Origin: Deinococcales bacterium
GTDB lineage: Bacteria; Deinococcota; Deinococci; Deinococcales; JAAFIG01
NCBI GenBank assembly: GCA_031414595.1
Contig: JANNVX010000011.1
Coordinates: 1-61,903 of the forward strand
Reading direction: 5' to 3'
Length of the DNA: 61,903 nt
Both the position numbers and the translations under genes were made by a program. The first letter of the stretch is position 1. The number at the start of each line of letters is the position of its first letter. The notes under the pieces were generated by a model. That model was not told where the DNA came from. It was given only the letters and a program-made list of their open reading frames with translations, and made no database searches. Below, in pieces: positions 37,257-51,295 of this stretch.

Positions 37257-38996
37257 ATGAAGCTCCCAATTGCCGAATTCTGGGTTTTGCTGCGGCGTTA
37301 TCTGATACCGCAGGGGACTCGAGTGGCTTGGATGAGCTTGTTTTTGTTGCTTGGTATTGGTTTACAAGTCCTCAATCCGCAAATTGCACGGCGTTTTGTA
37401 GATGCCACCCAGAACAGCACTGACACCAGTAATTTGACGGTACTGGCAGTGCTTTTTATTGTGGCAGCGCTGGTCTCGAGTGGCTTTCGGGCGTTGGCAG
37501 CCTATGTTTCTAACGAAGTGGCTTGGCGTTCGACCAATGCGCTGCGTGCCGATTTAGCAGCCCATACCCTCAATTTGGGCATGGGTTTTCATAAGTCGCG
37601 TCCGCCGGGCGAGATGATTGAACGTATAGATGGCGATGTCAATGCTTTATCGGGGTTTTTCTCGAGTTTTGTGGTCAGCCTTGGTGGAAATTTTCTGTTG
37701 CTGTTTGGAGTGCTGATTGCCTTAACCCTCCAAGATTGGCGGCTTGGTTTGGCATTCACAGGTTATTCAATCCTAGGCACAATTATTCTGACCCTGACCT
37801 CAAGATTTTCCAAGGCTTGGCAAGAAGAACGCGAAAAAGCCGCTCAGTATTATGGTTTTTTAGGCGAAGTCTTAAATGCCACCGAAGATATTCGTGGCAA
37901 CGGCGCAACCGCGTGGGTGATGCGCCGAATGCGGCTCGAGATGAGAGCGCTCTACCAAGTGCGTTTTTCTGCCAACCTCAAAGGGAGCATTGTCTGGGGT
38001 GCAAGTACCATGTTTTGGGTGACAGCCGATGCCCTGACTTACGGCATTGGCGCGAGTTTGTACAAAAACGGCACACTGAGTCTTGGTGCGGTCTATATGG
38101 TCATGCACTATGCTTGGATGGTTGCCGAGCCGATAGACCGATTTCGCCAACAAATGCAAGAATTACAACGCGCCGAAGCCAGTATTGCACGGGTCAAAGA
38201 ATTATTTGGATTTGTACCAAGTATTGTCTCGGGGCAACTCGAGTTACCTAAAAGCCCAAACGGATTAGCCCTACAACTCGAGCAAGTCAGTTTTGCTTAC
38301 GAAGACAATGTGCCTGTTCTTGAGAATATCAATCTTCAACTCGAGGCTGGCAGTGTGCTGGGCGTGCTGGGGCGCACCGGAAGTGGAAAAACCACTTTGG
38401 CACGGCTTTTATTTCGGTTCTATGACCCACAACAAGGTTTGGTTAAAATTGGCGGACATGACCTAAAAAATTATAATCTCGAGTCGTTTAGGGCTGGTGT
38501 GGCACTGGTGACTCAGGATGTACAACTTTTCCAAGCCAATCTGCGTGACAACCTGGCTTTTTTTGATACCACCATTCCCGATGCGCGTTTACTCGAGGCA
38601 CTGAATACATTAGGCTTATCCGATTGGTTTAACGCCTTAGCAAATGGCTTAGAAACTGCCATCACACCAGATTCCTTGTCCTCGGGCGAAGCCCAACTTG
38701 TGGCACTGGCTAGGGTGTTTTTACATGACCCCAAACTGATTATTTTAGATGAAGCCTCCGCCCGACTTGACCCTGCCACCGAACACCGCCTCGAGACTGC
38801 GCTGGATAAACTGCTCGAGAACCGCACCGCAATAATCATTGCCCACCGCCTGAAAACCGTTGAACGCGCTACCCACATCTTGATTTTGCAACAAGGAAAA
38901 GTTCTCGAGTTTGGTACACGTCAAGCCCTAGCCAGTACCCCAACCTCGAGTTTTGCCGAATTACGCCGTCTTGGATTAGAAGAGGTGATGGTGTGA
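37257..38996 (+). CDS. ABC exporter half (TMD+NBD)
   Basis: TM domain, GRTGSGKT, degenerate signature LSSGEAQ, LDEAS. Confidence 0.9.
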   Translation: MKLPIAEFWVLLRRYLIPQGTRVAWMSLFLLLGIGLQVLNPQIARRFVDATQNSTDTSNLTVLAVLFIVAALVSSGFRALAAYVSNEVAWRSTNALRADLAAHTLNLGMGFHKSRPPGEMIERIDGDVNALSGFFSSFVVSLGGNFLLLFGVLIALTLQDWRLGLAFTGYSILGTIILTLTSRFSKAWQEEREKAAQYYGFLGEVLNATEDIRGNGATAWVMRRMRLEMRALYQVRFSANLKGSIVWGASTMFWVTADALTYGIGASLYKNGTLSLGAVYMVMHYAWMVAEPIDRFRQQMQELQRAEASIARVKELFGFVPSIVSGQLELPKSPNGLALQLEQVSFAYEDNVPVLENINLQLEAGSVLGVLGRTGSGKTTLARLLFRFYDPQQGLVKIGGHDLKNYNLESFRAGVALVTQDVQLFQANLRDNLAFFDTTIPDARLLEALNTLGLSDWFNALANGLETAITPDSLSSGEAQLVALARVFLHDPKLIILDEASARLDPATEHRLETALDKLLENRTAIIIAHRLKTVERATHILILQQGKVLEFGTRQALASTPTSSFAELRRLGLEEVMV

Positions 38997-40777
38997 AGGT
39001 TTCGGTCTGGTTCTATTTTGGGCGTTTAATTGCTTTTTCTAAGGGTTGGTATGCGCTTAATGTGCTGTTCTGGGTTGGTATTTACACCATGCCACTTTTA
39101 CCGGGTTATCTTTCCAAGTTGTTTTTTGATGCGCTGCAACAAGAAAACCCGACTTGGAATGGCTTGCCGTATACCGTACAAATGTTGGTTGGTTTGGTGC
39201 TGGCGTATGGAGTTTTGCATGTGGCAACGCTTTTTTCGGGGATTGCCACAAATATCCCTTGGCGGTTTCGCAGCAGTGGTTTGTTGCGCCTTAATATCAT
39301 GCAGCGAATTTTGCAAATGCCAGGCGCAAAGGCTTTTGACAATACCGTTGGTGAGACCTTAAATACCTTGCGTGATGATGCCGATGAAGCCGAAAATGCG
39401 GGCGACTGGACACTGGATATTATCGGACAAATTGCCTATATGGTGATTGCAATTGGCATTTTACTTTTTATAGATGCGGCTTTAACGCTTTATGTTTTTT
39501 TACCTCTGGTGATTGTAACTTTAGTCAGTTATCGCGCTCGCAATCGGCTCGAGATTCTGCAAAAAGCGGCTCGAGAAAAAAGCAGTTTTTACACCTCGTT
39601 ACTCGGCGAGGTCTTTCAGAGTGTCCAAGCGATTCAAGTGGCTGGCGCAGAAAAAACGGTGCTGCATCAACTCGAGCTTCGTTCACAAGCTAGGCAACGC
39701 GCCATGCTGAGAAATGTTGCCCTCAATCAAGCCTTAGGGGTCTTCTCGAGTAACATTGTTTCGCTTGGCACGGGTTTAATTCTGCTGCTGGCGGGTTCAA
39801 AAATGCGTTCGGGCGAATTTACGGTCGGCGAATTTAGTTTATTTGTGCTGTATTTGTGGGAAGTTGGGCATCACACCGAATTCTTTGGCAATTTTATAGC
39901 AACAATTCAACGGGCTGGTGTGGCATTTACTCGAATGATGGGCGTGATGCAGGGTGCTTCTAGCCAGCAATTGGTTGCCCCACAGCTGATCGAAATGCAC
40001 CAAGACCCAGCCCCGCTCGAGCAGGTCGTACCTCGAGCCGAAGATGCCCTAAAAACCTTCACTGCACAGAACTTAACGTATTTGCACCCAGAATCTAATC
40101 GCGGTATAGAAAATGCTAACCTGACCCTCGAGCAAGGCGAATTTGTGGTGATTACAGGCAGAATTGGCAGTGGTAAAACCACGCTTTTACGGGCATTGCT
40201 TGGCTTACTACCCGCGCAATCAGGTCAACTTTTTTGGAATAACCAAACCATTCTCGAGCCAGCCGAATTTATGATTCCACCGCGCAGTGCCTACACGCCG
40301 CAAGTTCCAGCCTTAATCAGTGGTACGGTGCGCGAAAACATTGCCCTAGGCACAAACCAAGCCCTCGAGCCAGCCATTCACAGCGCCGTACTCGAAACCG
40401 ACCTCGAGACGCTGCCTCACGCCTTAGATATCCTCGTTGGGGTGCGCGGACTTAAATTATCTGGTGGGCAATTGCAACGCACGGCTGCGGCTCGGATGTT
40501 TGCCCAGAACTCGAGCTTGTTGGTCTTTGATGATATTTCCAGTGCGCTTGATGTCCGCACCGAACAAAGCCTTTGGGAACGCGTCTCGAGCCTTGGTAAA
40601 ACCTGTTTGGTGGTTTCGCATCGCCGCCCAGCTTTGCAACGAGCCACAAGAATAATTCTGCTCGAGCATGGGCAGATTACGGACACGGGAACGCTCGAGG
40701 ACTTATTATCGCGCTCGAGCGAAATGCAGCGGCTTTGGGCAGATGAACTACTTCCCAATCCGAATCTCGAGGTGTAG
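38993..40777 (+). CDS. ABC exporter half (TMD+NBD), heterodimer partner
   Basis: GRIGSGKT, LSGGQ, FDDISSALD; overlapping start. Confidence 0.9.
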   Translation: MKVSVWFYFGRLIAFSKGWYALNVLFWVGIYTMPLLPGYLSKLFFDALQQENPTWNGLPYTVQMLVGLVLAYGVLHVATLFSGIATNIPWRFRSSGLLRLNIMQRILQMPGAKAFDNTVGETLNTLRDDADEAENAGDWTLDIIGQIAYMVIAIGILLFIDAALTLYVFLPLVIVTLVSYRARNRLEILQKAAREKSSFYTSLLGEVFQSVQAIQVAGAEKTVLHQLELRSQARQRAMLRNVALNQALGVFSSNIVSLGTGLILLLAGSKMRSGEFTVGEFSLFVLYLWEVGHHTEFFGNFIATIQRAGVAFTRMMGVMQGASSQQLVAPQLIEMHQDPAPLEQVVPRAEDALKTFTAQNLTYLHPESNRGIENANLTLEQGEFVVITGRIGSGKTTLLRALLGLLPAQSGQLFWNNQTILEPAEFMIPPRSAYTPQVPALISGTVRENIALGTNQALEPAIHSAVLETDLETLPHALDILVGVRGLKLSGGQLQRTAAARMFAQNSSLLVFDDISSALDVRTEQSLWERVSSLGKTCLVVSHRRPALQRATRIILLEHGQITDTGTLEDLLSRSSEMQRLWADELLPNPNLEV

Positions 40778-41239
40778 CCCCAGCCCTTGGCTTAAACGCC
40801 GTAGGCTCTCGACACTATGCCCATGATAATTAGGGTTGGCTAAGCGTGCGATGGTGGGTTGCGTTAAGCCTGTGCGTTCGGCTGCCTCAGTTTGCGTCAC
40901 TCGAGCTAATTTCAGGGCTTGTTGGACTTGTAAACTCACAGGGTCTGGTGTGACGGCAGTGGCTTTTGTGTTGCCAATAATTTTGTGCTGCAAACCATTT
41001 TCTGGTGTGCTTGGCATTCGCAAGGCATCGGCATCCAATTCGAGCATGTCATTCCAACGAATACTGCGTCCTCGAGTGCCTATTTCGAGTTTGTTAAATT
41101 CGTTTTCGTTCTCGAGCAGTGCAAATACTGTATTGGGTTGAATCAAAGGGCTTAAGTCAATCAGATAAGTCGAACCATCGTCATACTCGAGATAAACACA
41201 TTTATTTGGTTTCGCTATAGCCATCAAAATTTTGTGCAT
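40748..41239 (-). CDS. DUF2442 antitoxin-like domain fused to an Xre HTH
   Basis: LEYDDG...DLSP..F..L..F...I.W...LDAD N-domain; TQTEAAERTGLTQPTIARL HTH. Confidence 0.75.
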   Translation of the reverse strand: MHKILMAIAKPNKCVYLEYDDGSTYLIDLSPLIQPNTVFALLENENEFNKLEIGTRGRSIRWNDMLELDADALRMPSTPENGLQHKIIGNTKATAVTPDPVSLQVQQALKLARVTQTEAAERTGLTQPTIARLANPNYHGHSVESLRRLSQGLGLHLEIRIGK

Positions 41240-41250
41240 AATTTCTTCCT

Positions 41251-41511
41251 TTACTCGAGCGGTGGGAGTTTATGCAAAGGTTGTCCTGCTCGGCAGAGTT
41301 CCCAAAGTTGTTGCAAAGCTGTTTGGTTTTGAGTCGCCCACTCGAGGGTGAATCGTAAGGCACGTCTTGGAATTTCTCCTGTGTAAATGTTGAGGGTGTT
41401 AATTTCAATTAGAATTTCATCATCGCCATATTCGGCATGAAAATGTGGTGGTAGATGGTCGTTGTAATACATGGTGATACGAATTCCGTAGAAGCTAGTA
41501 ATTTCAGGCAC
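41251..41511 (-). CDS. DUF4160 toxin-like protein
   Basis: MPEITSFYGIRITMYYNDHLPPHFHAEY; precedes the DUF2442 gene. Confidence 0.88.
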   Translation of the reverse strand: MPEITSFYGIRITMYYNDHLPPHFHAEYGDDEILIEINTLNIYTGEIPRRALRFTLEWATQNQTALQQLWELCRAGQPLHKLPPLE

Positions 41512-41740
41512 ATCTCTATTATACTATATTTGCAATAATTGTAGTTCACTCAAGGAATTGCCGTCTCGCTCTACGGTAATGCGGCGGCTCTGGGCAGATG
41601 AGCCGTCACTTCCCAATTGCGAACCTCGAGGTGTTAAGCGTGTAGGCTTTGTGCCTCATTTGAAGATTTAACAATTTTATAACAAAGTTTAACAGTTTTT
41701 TGCAAATTCACTCGAAACTGGTGTACAATCAAAATCCGTT

Positions 41741-42502
41741 ATGCTGCCTGTCGAACGTCGTCGTATTATTCTTGAACGCATCCTTGTGGCGCGAACCATT
41801 CCGCTCAAAGACCTTGCCCATGCTTTGGCAGTCCATGAAGTGACGATTCGTCGTGACTTAAGCGAACTTGAACGCGAAGGATTGATTGAAGTGGTGCGTG
41901 GTGGAGCGCGAATTCTCGAGCAAGCCCAAGCTGATATTGCTTATGAAATGCGAGCCAATCGTGAGCTTTTAGCCAAGCAAATTATTGCTAAAGAAGCCGC
42001 TAAACTGGTACAGGATGGCGATACGATTGCGCTTGATGCCAGTACCACCAGCCTTGAAGTAGCAAGGGCATTGGTCAACCGAAGTCGGGTGCATGTGCTG
42101 GTCAGTGGCTTAGAAGCCGCGATTGTTTTGGCTGCCAGCAAAACCCCGTTTACGGTACTTGGGGGTACGTTTAATCCTGTGGCTCGAGGTTTTTCTGGTC
42201 CGATTACCGAACTGGTGCTTGGTAAACTCCATCCAGATAAGGTTTTTTTCTCGGTCAAGGGTTTATCGCTTAAAGCTGGTCTAACCGATGCCAGTTTAAT
42301 CGAAGCCGAAGTCAAAACCCGTTTGATCGAAAGTTCTAAATCAGCCATTGCCCTTGTAGACCATTCTAAATTTGGGGTAACAGCTTTCACCACAATCATT
42401 GCCCTCGAGCAACTTGATCATTTGATTACCGACAAAGAACCAGACCCGCAAACCCGAAAATGGTTGCTGGGTAGTGGTTTGAAATTGATTGTCGCAAAGT
42501 AG
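41741..42502 (+). CDS. DeoR/GlpR family regulator
   Basis: VTIRRDLSELE, LDASTT, VDHSKF, LITD. Confidence 0.92.
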   Translation: MLPVERRRIILERILVARTIPLKDLAHALAVHEVTIRRDLSELEREGLIEVVRGGARILEQAQADIAYEMRANRELLAKQIIAKEAAKLVQDGDTIALDASTTSLEVARALVNRSRVHVLVSGLEAAIVLAASKTPFTVLGGTFNPVARGFSGPITELVLGKLHPDKVFFSVKGLSLKAGLTDASLIEAEVKTRLIESSKSAIALVDHSKFGVTAFTTIIALEQLDHLITDKEPDPQTRKWLLGSGLKLIVAK

Positions 42503-42503
42503 G

Positions 42504-43493
42504 TTAACGTTTTGCAATTCGCAAAATTTTCTTAAAAAGCGGCGGCAAGGCAATTGCACCTATTAGCAGCCCACCAATAAAAATACCAGCCACAATACCC
42601 GGAACATTCATCAGGGCTAAACCAAAAGAAATCATGCCGAGCAGCAGCACCGCCAGCACCACGCCAAGCATTGAACCCGTTCCACCCGCAATGCCAATTC
42701 CGCCCAGTACCACCATGGTAATCACATCAAGCTCCCAACCCAGCGCGATATTCGGACGGGTACTCGAGATGCGGCTAGTTAAAAACGCAGCCGCTAAACC
42801 AGCAAATGTTCCAGATAAAGTAAAGAGAATTAGGCGGTAGCGATCCACCAGAATTCCACTAAATTTAGCGGCTTCAGGGTTTGTGCCAATTGCATACAAC
42901 TGCCTTCCCCAACGGGTGCGGTGCAAAACCAGACCAACCAACAGTGCCAGCCCTAAAAAGGTTACAAAACTGTACGGTATCGGCTCGAGTAAGTAGCCTT
43001 GCCCAAGACTTGCCAGCGATTCTGGGTATTTGGTCAGGGCTTGGTCGCCAAGAATGGCTTGAGAAATCCCTCGGTATAAACTCATTGTGCCAAGCGTAAT
43101 GGCGATGCTCGGCACAGCAAAACGAATCACCAAAAAGCCATTGAAAAACCCCGCCAGTGTTCCCGTTAAAAGTGCTAGTAAAACCAGCACTGGTGTCTCT
43201 GCGCCGTTTTGCGCCGCTAAACCCATCACCAAGGAAGCCAGTGCGATAATACTCGAGACTGATAAATCTATTTCTCTTGTCAGGATTAAAAGCGCCATCG
43301 CAATTGCCATGATGCCTTTTTCACTAAAGTTAAAGGTTGCATCCCCTAAATTAAAAGGGTCCCAGAAAAACTCGGAGCGTGTGCCATTGACAAACATCAC
43401 CAAGGCTAGAAGCGGCACAAGAATCAGTTCCCAACGCAATAATAAACTGCTGAGTTTGAACGGAGCGCGAGGCGCAACTTTTGATTCGCTCAT
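42504..43493 (-). CDS. rhaQ: Rhamnose-type ABC permease
   Basis: EIDLSV, STRPNIALGWELDVITMVVLGG. Confidence 0.75.
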   Translation of the reverse strand: MSESKVAPRAPFKLSSLLLRWELILVPLLALVMFVNGTRSEFFWDPFNLGDATFNFSEKGIMAIAMALLILTREIDLSVSSIIALASLVMGLAAQNGAETPVLVLLALLTGTLAGFFNGFLVIRFAVPSIAITLGTMSLYRGISQAILGDQALTKYPESLASLGQGYLLEPIPYSFVTFLGLALLVGLVLHRTRWGRQLYAIGTNPEAAKFSGILVDRYRLILFTLSGTFAGLAAAFLTSRISSTRPNIALGWELDVITMVVLGGIGIAGGTGSMLGVVLAVLLLGMISFGLALMNVPGIVAGIFIGGLLIGAIALPPLFKKILRIAKR

Positions 43494-44470
43494 GGGCTAA
43501 CCTCACGCAGAATCTTTTTACCAATGCGTTTACCAGCACTCTGATTAACAATTACAGCCACTAAAATCGCCACGCCAACAATTGCCGTTTGCCAAAAAGG
43601 AGAAATTTTTATGACTGGCAGGGCATTATAAAGCAGCACCAGAAAGAGCGAACCCAGTGCTGTGCCGTAGACCGTTCCGACCCCACCCGCAATGCTCACC
43701 CCACCCAGCACACAAGCTGCCACGACCTGCAATTCAAAACCAATCGCAAGTTCGGTACTGGCAATGGCATAACGGGCGACCCACAAGACCGAAACAAAAC
43801 CTGATACCGCCCCAGCTATCGTGTAAAGCAGCGCCAAACGCGGTTGCTCGAGAACCCCGACGTAACGAGCTGCACTTGGATTATTGCCTAGCGCTCGTAT
43901 CTCGCGTCCAAAACGAGACTGATGCCAGATCAGCCACGCCAAAAACAATGCCAGTAGACTCAGCCACTCGAGGCTGGTTAAACCCAGTAAACGCGCATTA
44001 GGAAACTCGAGCAAGGCAGCAGGGAAATCCTGAGAATTAACCCATTGTCCGCCGCTCACCACATAGGTCATGCCTCGGTAGACGCTCATTGTGCCGAGGG
44101 TCGCCACAATTGGTGGCAACTCGAGAACGGTGATGAGTAAGGCGTTAATCGCCCCTAAAATTGCCCCAATGCCGATTCCAGCCAGTAGCAAGACCAGTAC
44201 GGGCAAACTTGGGTTACTTTTTGAAAGCAATGCGACCAGCATTCCGGTTAAAGCAAGGTTGGCAGCGACACTTAAATCAATGCCGCGTGAAATAATAATT
44301 GGCATTTGCACCAACGCCAGAATTAAAAGCAGTACGCTGTCGTGCCAAATTGCATCAAGGGTTTTTAAGCTGATAAAACTTGGGGAAATAATTCCGACCA
44401 CCAATAAAGCCGCCAGTAGAAACACAAACAGAACAGCTTCTCGGCGATAATTTTTAAGAATCAGTTTCAC
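43490..44470 (-). CDS. rhaP: Rhamnose-type ABC permease
   Basis: GIDLSVAANLALTGM, FELQVVAACVLGGVSIAGG. Confidence 0.75.
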   Translation of the reverse strand: MKLILKNYRREAVLFVFLLAALLVVGIISPSFISLKTLDAIWHDSVLLLILALVQMPIIISRGIDLSVAANLALTGMLVALLSKSNPSLPVLVLLLAGIGIGAILGAINALLITVLELPPIVATLGTMSVYRGMTYVVSGGQWVNSQDFPAALLEFPNARLLGLTSLEWLSLLALFLAWLIWHQSRFGREIRALGNNPSAARYVGVLEQPRLALLYTIAGAVSGFVSVLWVARYAIASTELAIGFELQVVAACVLGGVSIAGGVGTVYGTALGSLFLVLLYNALPVIKISPFWQTAIVGVAILVAVIVNQSAGKRIGKKILREVSP

Positions 44471-45948
44471 GCTAAAACTCCAGCCGCTTGTGCCACGATT
44501 TCTTCGGCACTGACTTCTCTGGCGTTAAATTCTGCCACCATACGCCCTTGGCGCATCACAACGATTCGGTCACTCATGTGCATCACCTCGGGTAATTCGG
44601 AGCTGACCAAAATCACGGCTAAACCGTCCTGTACCATCTGATTCATCAGCGTATGCACCAAAGATTTTGCCCCAACATCAATCCCCTTAGTCGGTTCATC
44701 GAGAATTAAGACCTTGGGATTGGTCGCCAGCCATTTGCTCAGCACCACTTTTTGTTGATTGCCACCGCTTAATTCAGAAACAAATTGATCAAAATGTTTG
44801 GCGCGTAAAGATAATTTTTCGGTTAAAGGCAATGCCAAATCGGTTTCTTTTTTTCGGGACAACCACATCCCAAACCGCTCGAGACTGGCTAAACTGATGT
44901 TTTGCAGAATGCTCATCTCGAGAATTGCTCCAGAATGCTGACGGTCTTCTGGCACATAAACCAGTCCATGCCGAATTGCATCGGCAGGCGAACGAATTTT
45001 TACCTCACGTCCATCAATCTGCAAAGCGCCCGTCGCATCGGGATTTAAGCCAAAAATCGCCTGCATGATTTCACTTCGTCCAGCCCCAATCAAGCCGTAA
45101 AAACCAAGAATCTCACCGCTTTTGACACTAAAACTGATGTTGTTAAATTCTGTTGGATGTGAAAAATTCTTGACCTCGAGCATGGTGTTTTTCTGCACAG
45201 CTTGGGTTTTTGGGAATAAAGCCCCGACTTCACGCCCAGCCATCAAACGCACCAAGGCATCACTCGAGGTATCCTGAATTTCCCCCGCCCCAACCAATTC
45301 GCCGTCACGCAGCACCGCATAAGTATCGGCATGGGCAAAAATTTCATCAAATTTGTGGGTGACTAAAATAATCGCTTTGTTTTCGCTTTTGAGTTGCTGC
45401 ACCACCCGAAAAAAATCCTCAATTTCGGCTTTGGAAAGGGCGGCTGTTGGCTCATCCATAATCACCACTCGAGCATCTTGGGTTAAAGCCCGAGCAATTT
45501 GTACCAAATGTTTTTGTGCCACACTCAAGTTTTTTAAGGGCGCATCGGCGGCAAAAGGCGCATCAATTCGCTTTAGGATTAAGTTGGTTTGGTCAAGTAA
45601 AGTTTGCCACTGTACCAAACCAAAGCGTGAAGTCGGATGATTGCCAATCCAAATGTTTTCTGCCACCGATAATTCATCGAACATCACAGTTTCTTGATGA
45701 ATCGCCGTAATTCCTGCCTTCCAAGCCTCCTGCGGTGATGAAAAGAACAGGGGCTGATTGTCCAAAAAAATACTGCCTGAATCGGGTTTGTGTAAGCCCG
45801 TCAGCATTTTTACAATCGTGGATTTGCCCGCCCCGTTTTCACCAACCAGCGCCAGCACCTGACCAGACTCGAGACCGAAACTGACATCGGTCACGGCTTT
45901 GGTAGCAGCAAAATGTTTTCTTAGTTTTTCGATTCTTAAAAAAGTCAT
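44467..45948 (-). CDS. rhaT: CUT2 sugar ABC ATPase (tandem NBD)
   Basis: GENGAGKS, LSGGNQQK, DEPTKGIDVG. Confidence 0.85.
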   Translation of the reverse strand: MTFLRIEKLRKHFAATKAVTDVSFGLESGQVLALVGENGAGKSTIVKMLTGLHKPDSGSIFLDNQPLFFSSPQEAWKAGITAIHQETVMFDELSVAENIWIGNHPTSRFGLVQWQTLLDQTNLILKRIDAPFAADAPLKNLSVAQKHLVQIARALTQDARVVIMDEPTAALSKAEIEDFFRVVQQLKSENKAIILVTHKFDEIFAHADTYAVLRDGELVGAGEIQDTSSDALVRLMAGREVGALFPKTQAVQKNTMLEVKNFSHPTEFNNISFSVKSGEILGFYGLIGAGRSEIMQAIFGLNPDATGALQIDGREVKIRSPADAIRHGLVYVPEDRQHSGAILEMSILQNISLASLERFGMWLSRKKETDLALPLTEKLSLRAKHFDQFVSELSGGNQQKVVLSKWLATNPKVLILDEPTKGIDVGAKSLVHTLMNQMVQDGLAVILVSSELPEVMHMSDRIVVMRQGRMVAEFNAREVSAEEIVAQAAGVLA

Positions 45949-45968
45949 GGGTATCTCGAGGGAAAATC

Positions 45969-45996
45969 GTAGGGGCGAGGCATGCCTCGCCCCTAC
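45969..45996. repeat. GTAG REP, perfect 28-bp palindrome
   Basis: GTAGGGGCGAGGCATGCCTCGCCCCTAC between rhaS and rhaT. Confidence 0.85.
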
Positions 45997-46008
45997 CGAG
46001 TCCGTGCT

Positions 46009-47019
46009 TTAGAATGCCTTAGCAAATTTGTCTACGTTGTCTTTGTTAAAGGTAAATGGTTCGCCCATTGGGGCTTCTAGGTTGGCATCCAAGGTGATTG
46101 AACCCATACGCCCAATGCTGATTTTTTCGCCAGCCCTGCCTCGAGCCTTGGAAGTTGCAAATTGGTAAGCGGCATAGACAGCGCTGTAACCAAGGTCAAT
46201 TGGATTCCAGAGGGCAAAGGTGTCCACTGCGCCAGCTTTGACGTACCCTGCCATTTCTGATGGAAGTCCTAAGCCAGAGACAAAGACTTTACCAACCAGT
46301 TTTTGGTCAATCACGTATTTGGCAGCCGCCGCAATGCCGACTGTGGTTGGAGCAATGATGCCTTTTAAGTCTGGGTGCTTAGAGAGTAAGCCTTGGGCTT
46401 CTCGGTAAGACTTGTCGGATTGGTCATCGCCGTAAACGACATCCACCAAGTTAAGTCCAGCGTATTTCGGGTCTTTGAGGGTTTCTTTCATGGCAGCAAT
46501 CCAAGCGTTTTGATTGGTGGCTTGGGCAGTTGCCGAAAGCACCGCAATTTTGCCTTTACCGCCCAAGGTTGCCGACATCATTTCGATTTGCTTGCGTCCA
46601 ATTAAAGCCGTGTTGGACGGATTGAGGTGCATTAAACGTCCTTCTTTAGCAATTCCGCTATCCCAAGAAATCACTTTGATACCTCGAGACGCAGCCCGTT
46701 TAGAAATGGCAACCAAGGCGTTTGGGTCGTTTGCCGAAACAGCAATCGCATTGACCCGTTGGGCAATCAAAGAATTCATTTGCTCAATCTGCCCTTCAGC
46801 AGTTGCAGCCGTTGGACCGGTGTAAATCAAATCCACATTGCCGAGTTGCTTAGCGGCTTCTTCGCCACCCGTGCGGGCAGCTTCAAAAAAACCATTGCCC
46901 AGACTTTTGACCAGCATGGCAATTTTGTAGCGCCGAGCCTGCGCGTCGGTCAGGCTGGCAACGCCAATGGCGGCTGTACTTAAAGCGGCTAAACCAAGGA
47001 TAAAAGCACGACGTTTCAT
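46009..47019 (-). CDS. rhaS: Rhamnose ABC transporter binding protein
   Basis: VKSLGNGFF, TAEGQIE, VISWDSG, ATNQNAW, LWNPIDLGY; RR-type signal peptide. Confidence 0.85.
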   Translation of the reverse strand: MKRRAFILGLAALSTAAIGVASLTDAQARRYKIAMLVKSLGNGFFEAARTGGEEAAKQLGNVDLIYTGPTAATAEGQIEQMNSLIAQRVNAIAVSANDPNALVAISKRAASRGIKVISWDSGIAKEGRLMHLNPSNTALIGRKQIEMMSATLGGKGKIAVLSATAQATNQNAWIAAMKETLKDPKYAGLNLVDVVYGDDQSDKSYREAQGLLSKHPDLKGIIAPTTVGIAAAAKYVIDQKLVGKVFVSGLGLPSEMAGYVKAGAVDTFALWNPIDLGYSAVYAAYQFATSKARGRAGEKISIGRMGSITLDANLEAPMGEPFTFNKDNVDKFAKAF

Positions 47020-47247
47020 AATGTCCTCCGTAACAGTGCTTGCACCTTTTTTGCAAAAGCTAAACGCTTTTGAACAAATTTCTGTTTGTTTTTTGCACTG
47101 TGATGTTAAATTACCGCAAGCAGGGAGTCCTTGTCAAGCTCAGAAAAAAAGAAGGAGGAAGGATTAAAGAGGAAGGAGGAAGTTTTTTTACACCAATTTC
47201 CTCTTTTCTCTTTCTTGCTCTAAGACTTGCATTAAACCAAGACCTAG

Positions 47248-50790
<3,543 letters not shown>

Positions 50791-50794
<4 letters not shown>

Positions 50795-51234
50795 AAGTAA
50801 ACCCCATGCTCTAATCGGTTGAGTACCGTGACCACATAGGCAGTTCCATCAGGTAGGCTTGTGCATTGCAATGGGGTTAAATCACGAAAAATAGCTCGAG
50901 GTGTTTTTAACCAGATAATGGCTTTGGCTTTATCTTCAAAGAACATTTCGGCTTGTTCTAAAACCCGAGCCAGCCAGTACAATTTTAAGGAAAATTCGCT
51001 GGGCAAAAAGCGTTTCTGCCGACGATAATGATGATAGGTGCTTTCGCTTAAGTCAATCAGTTTGAGTAGTTCGGATAAAGTTACTCCTAGTGTTTGATGC
51101 AGAGTTTCAACGGCTTCAATAGCAAATCCGCTTTGGACAGCTTGACCAAGGTCAAATAAATTATCTGCTTTCAAGCCGAGCAGCAGTACGCCGGGTAAGT
51201 ATTCTGGGATGATTTGTGGATTAAACTTTTCCAT
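50791..51234 (-). CDS. Xre/MbcA/ParS antitoxin
   Basis: HTH followed by WL.TP...TPL and RLEHGVY C-terminus; overlaps the RES gene by 4 nt. Confidence 0.85.
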
Positions 51235-51295
51235 AAGTCCAATTTTATAGTTTTAATCTACAAAATTAGAGAAGATGTCTATACAGGCTTTAACG

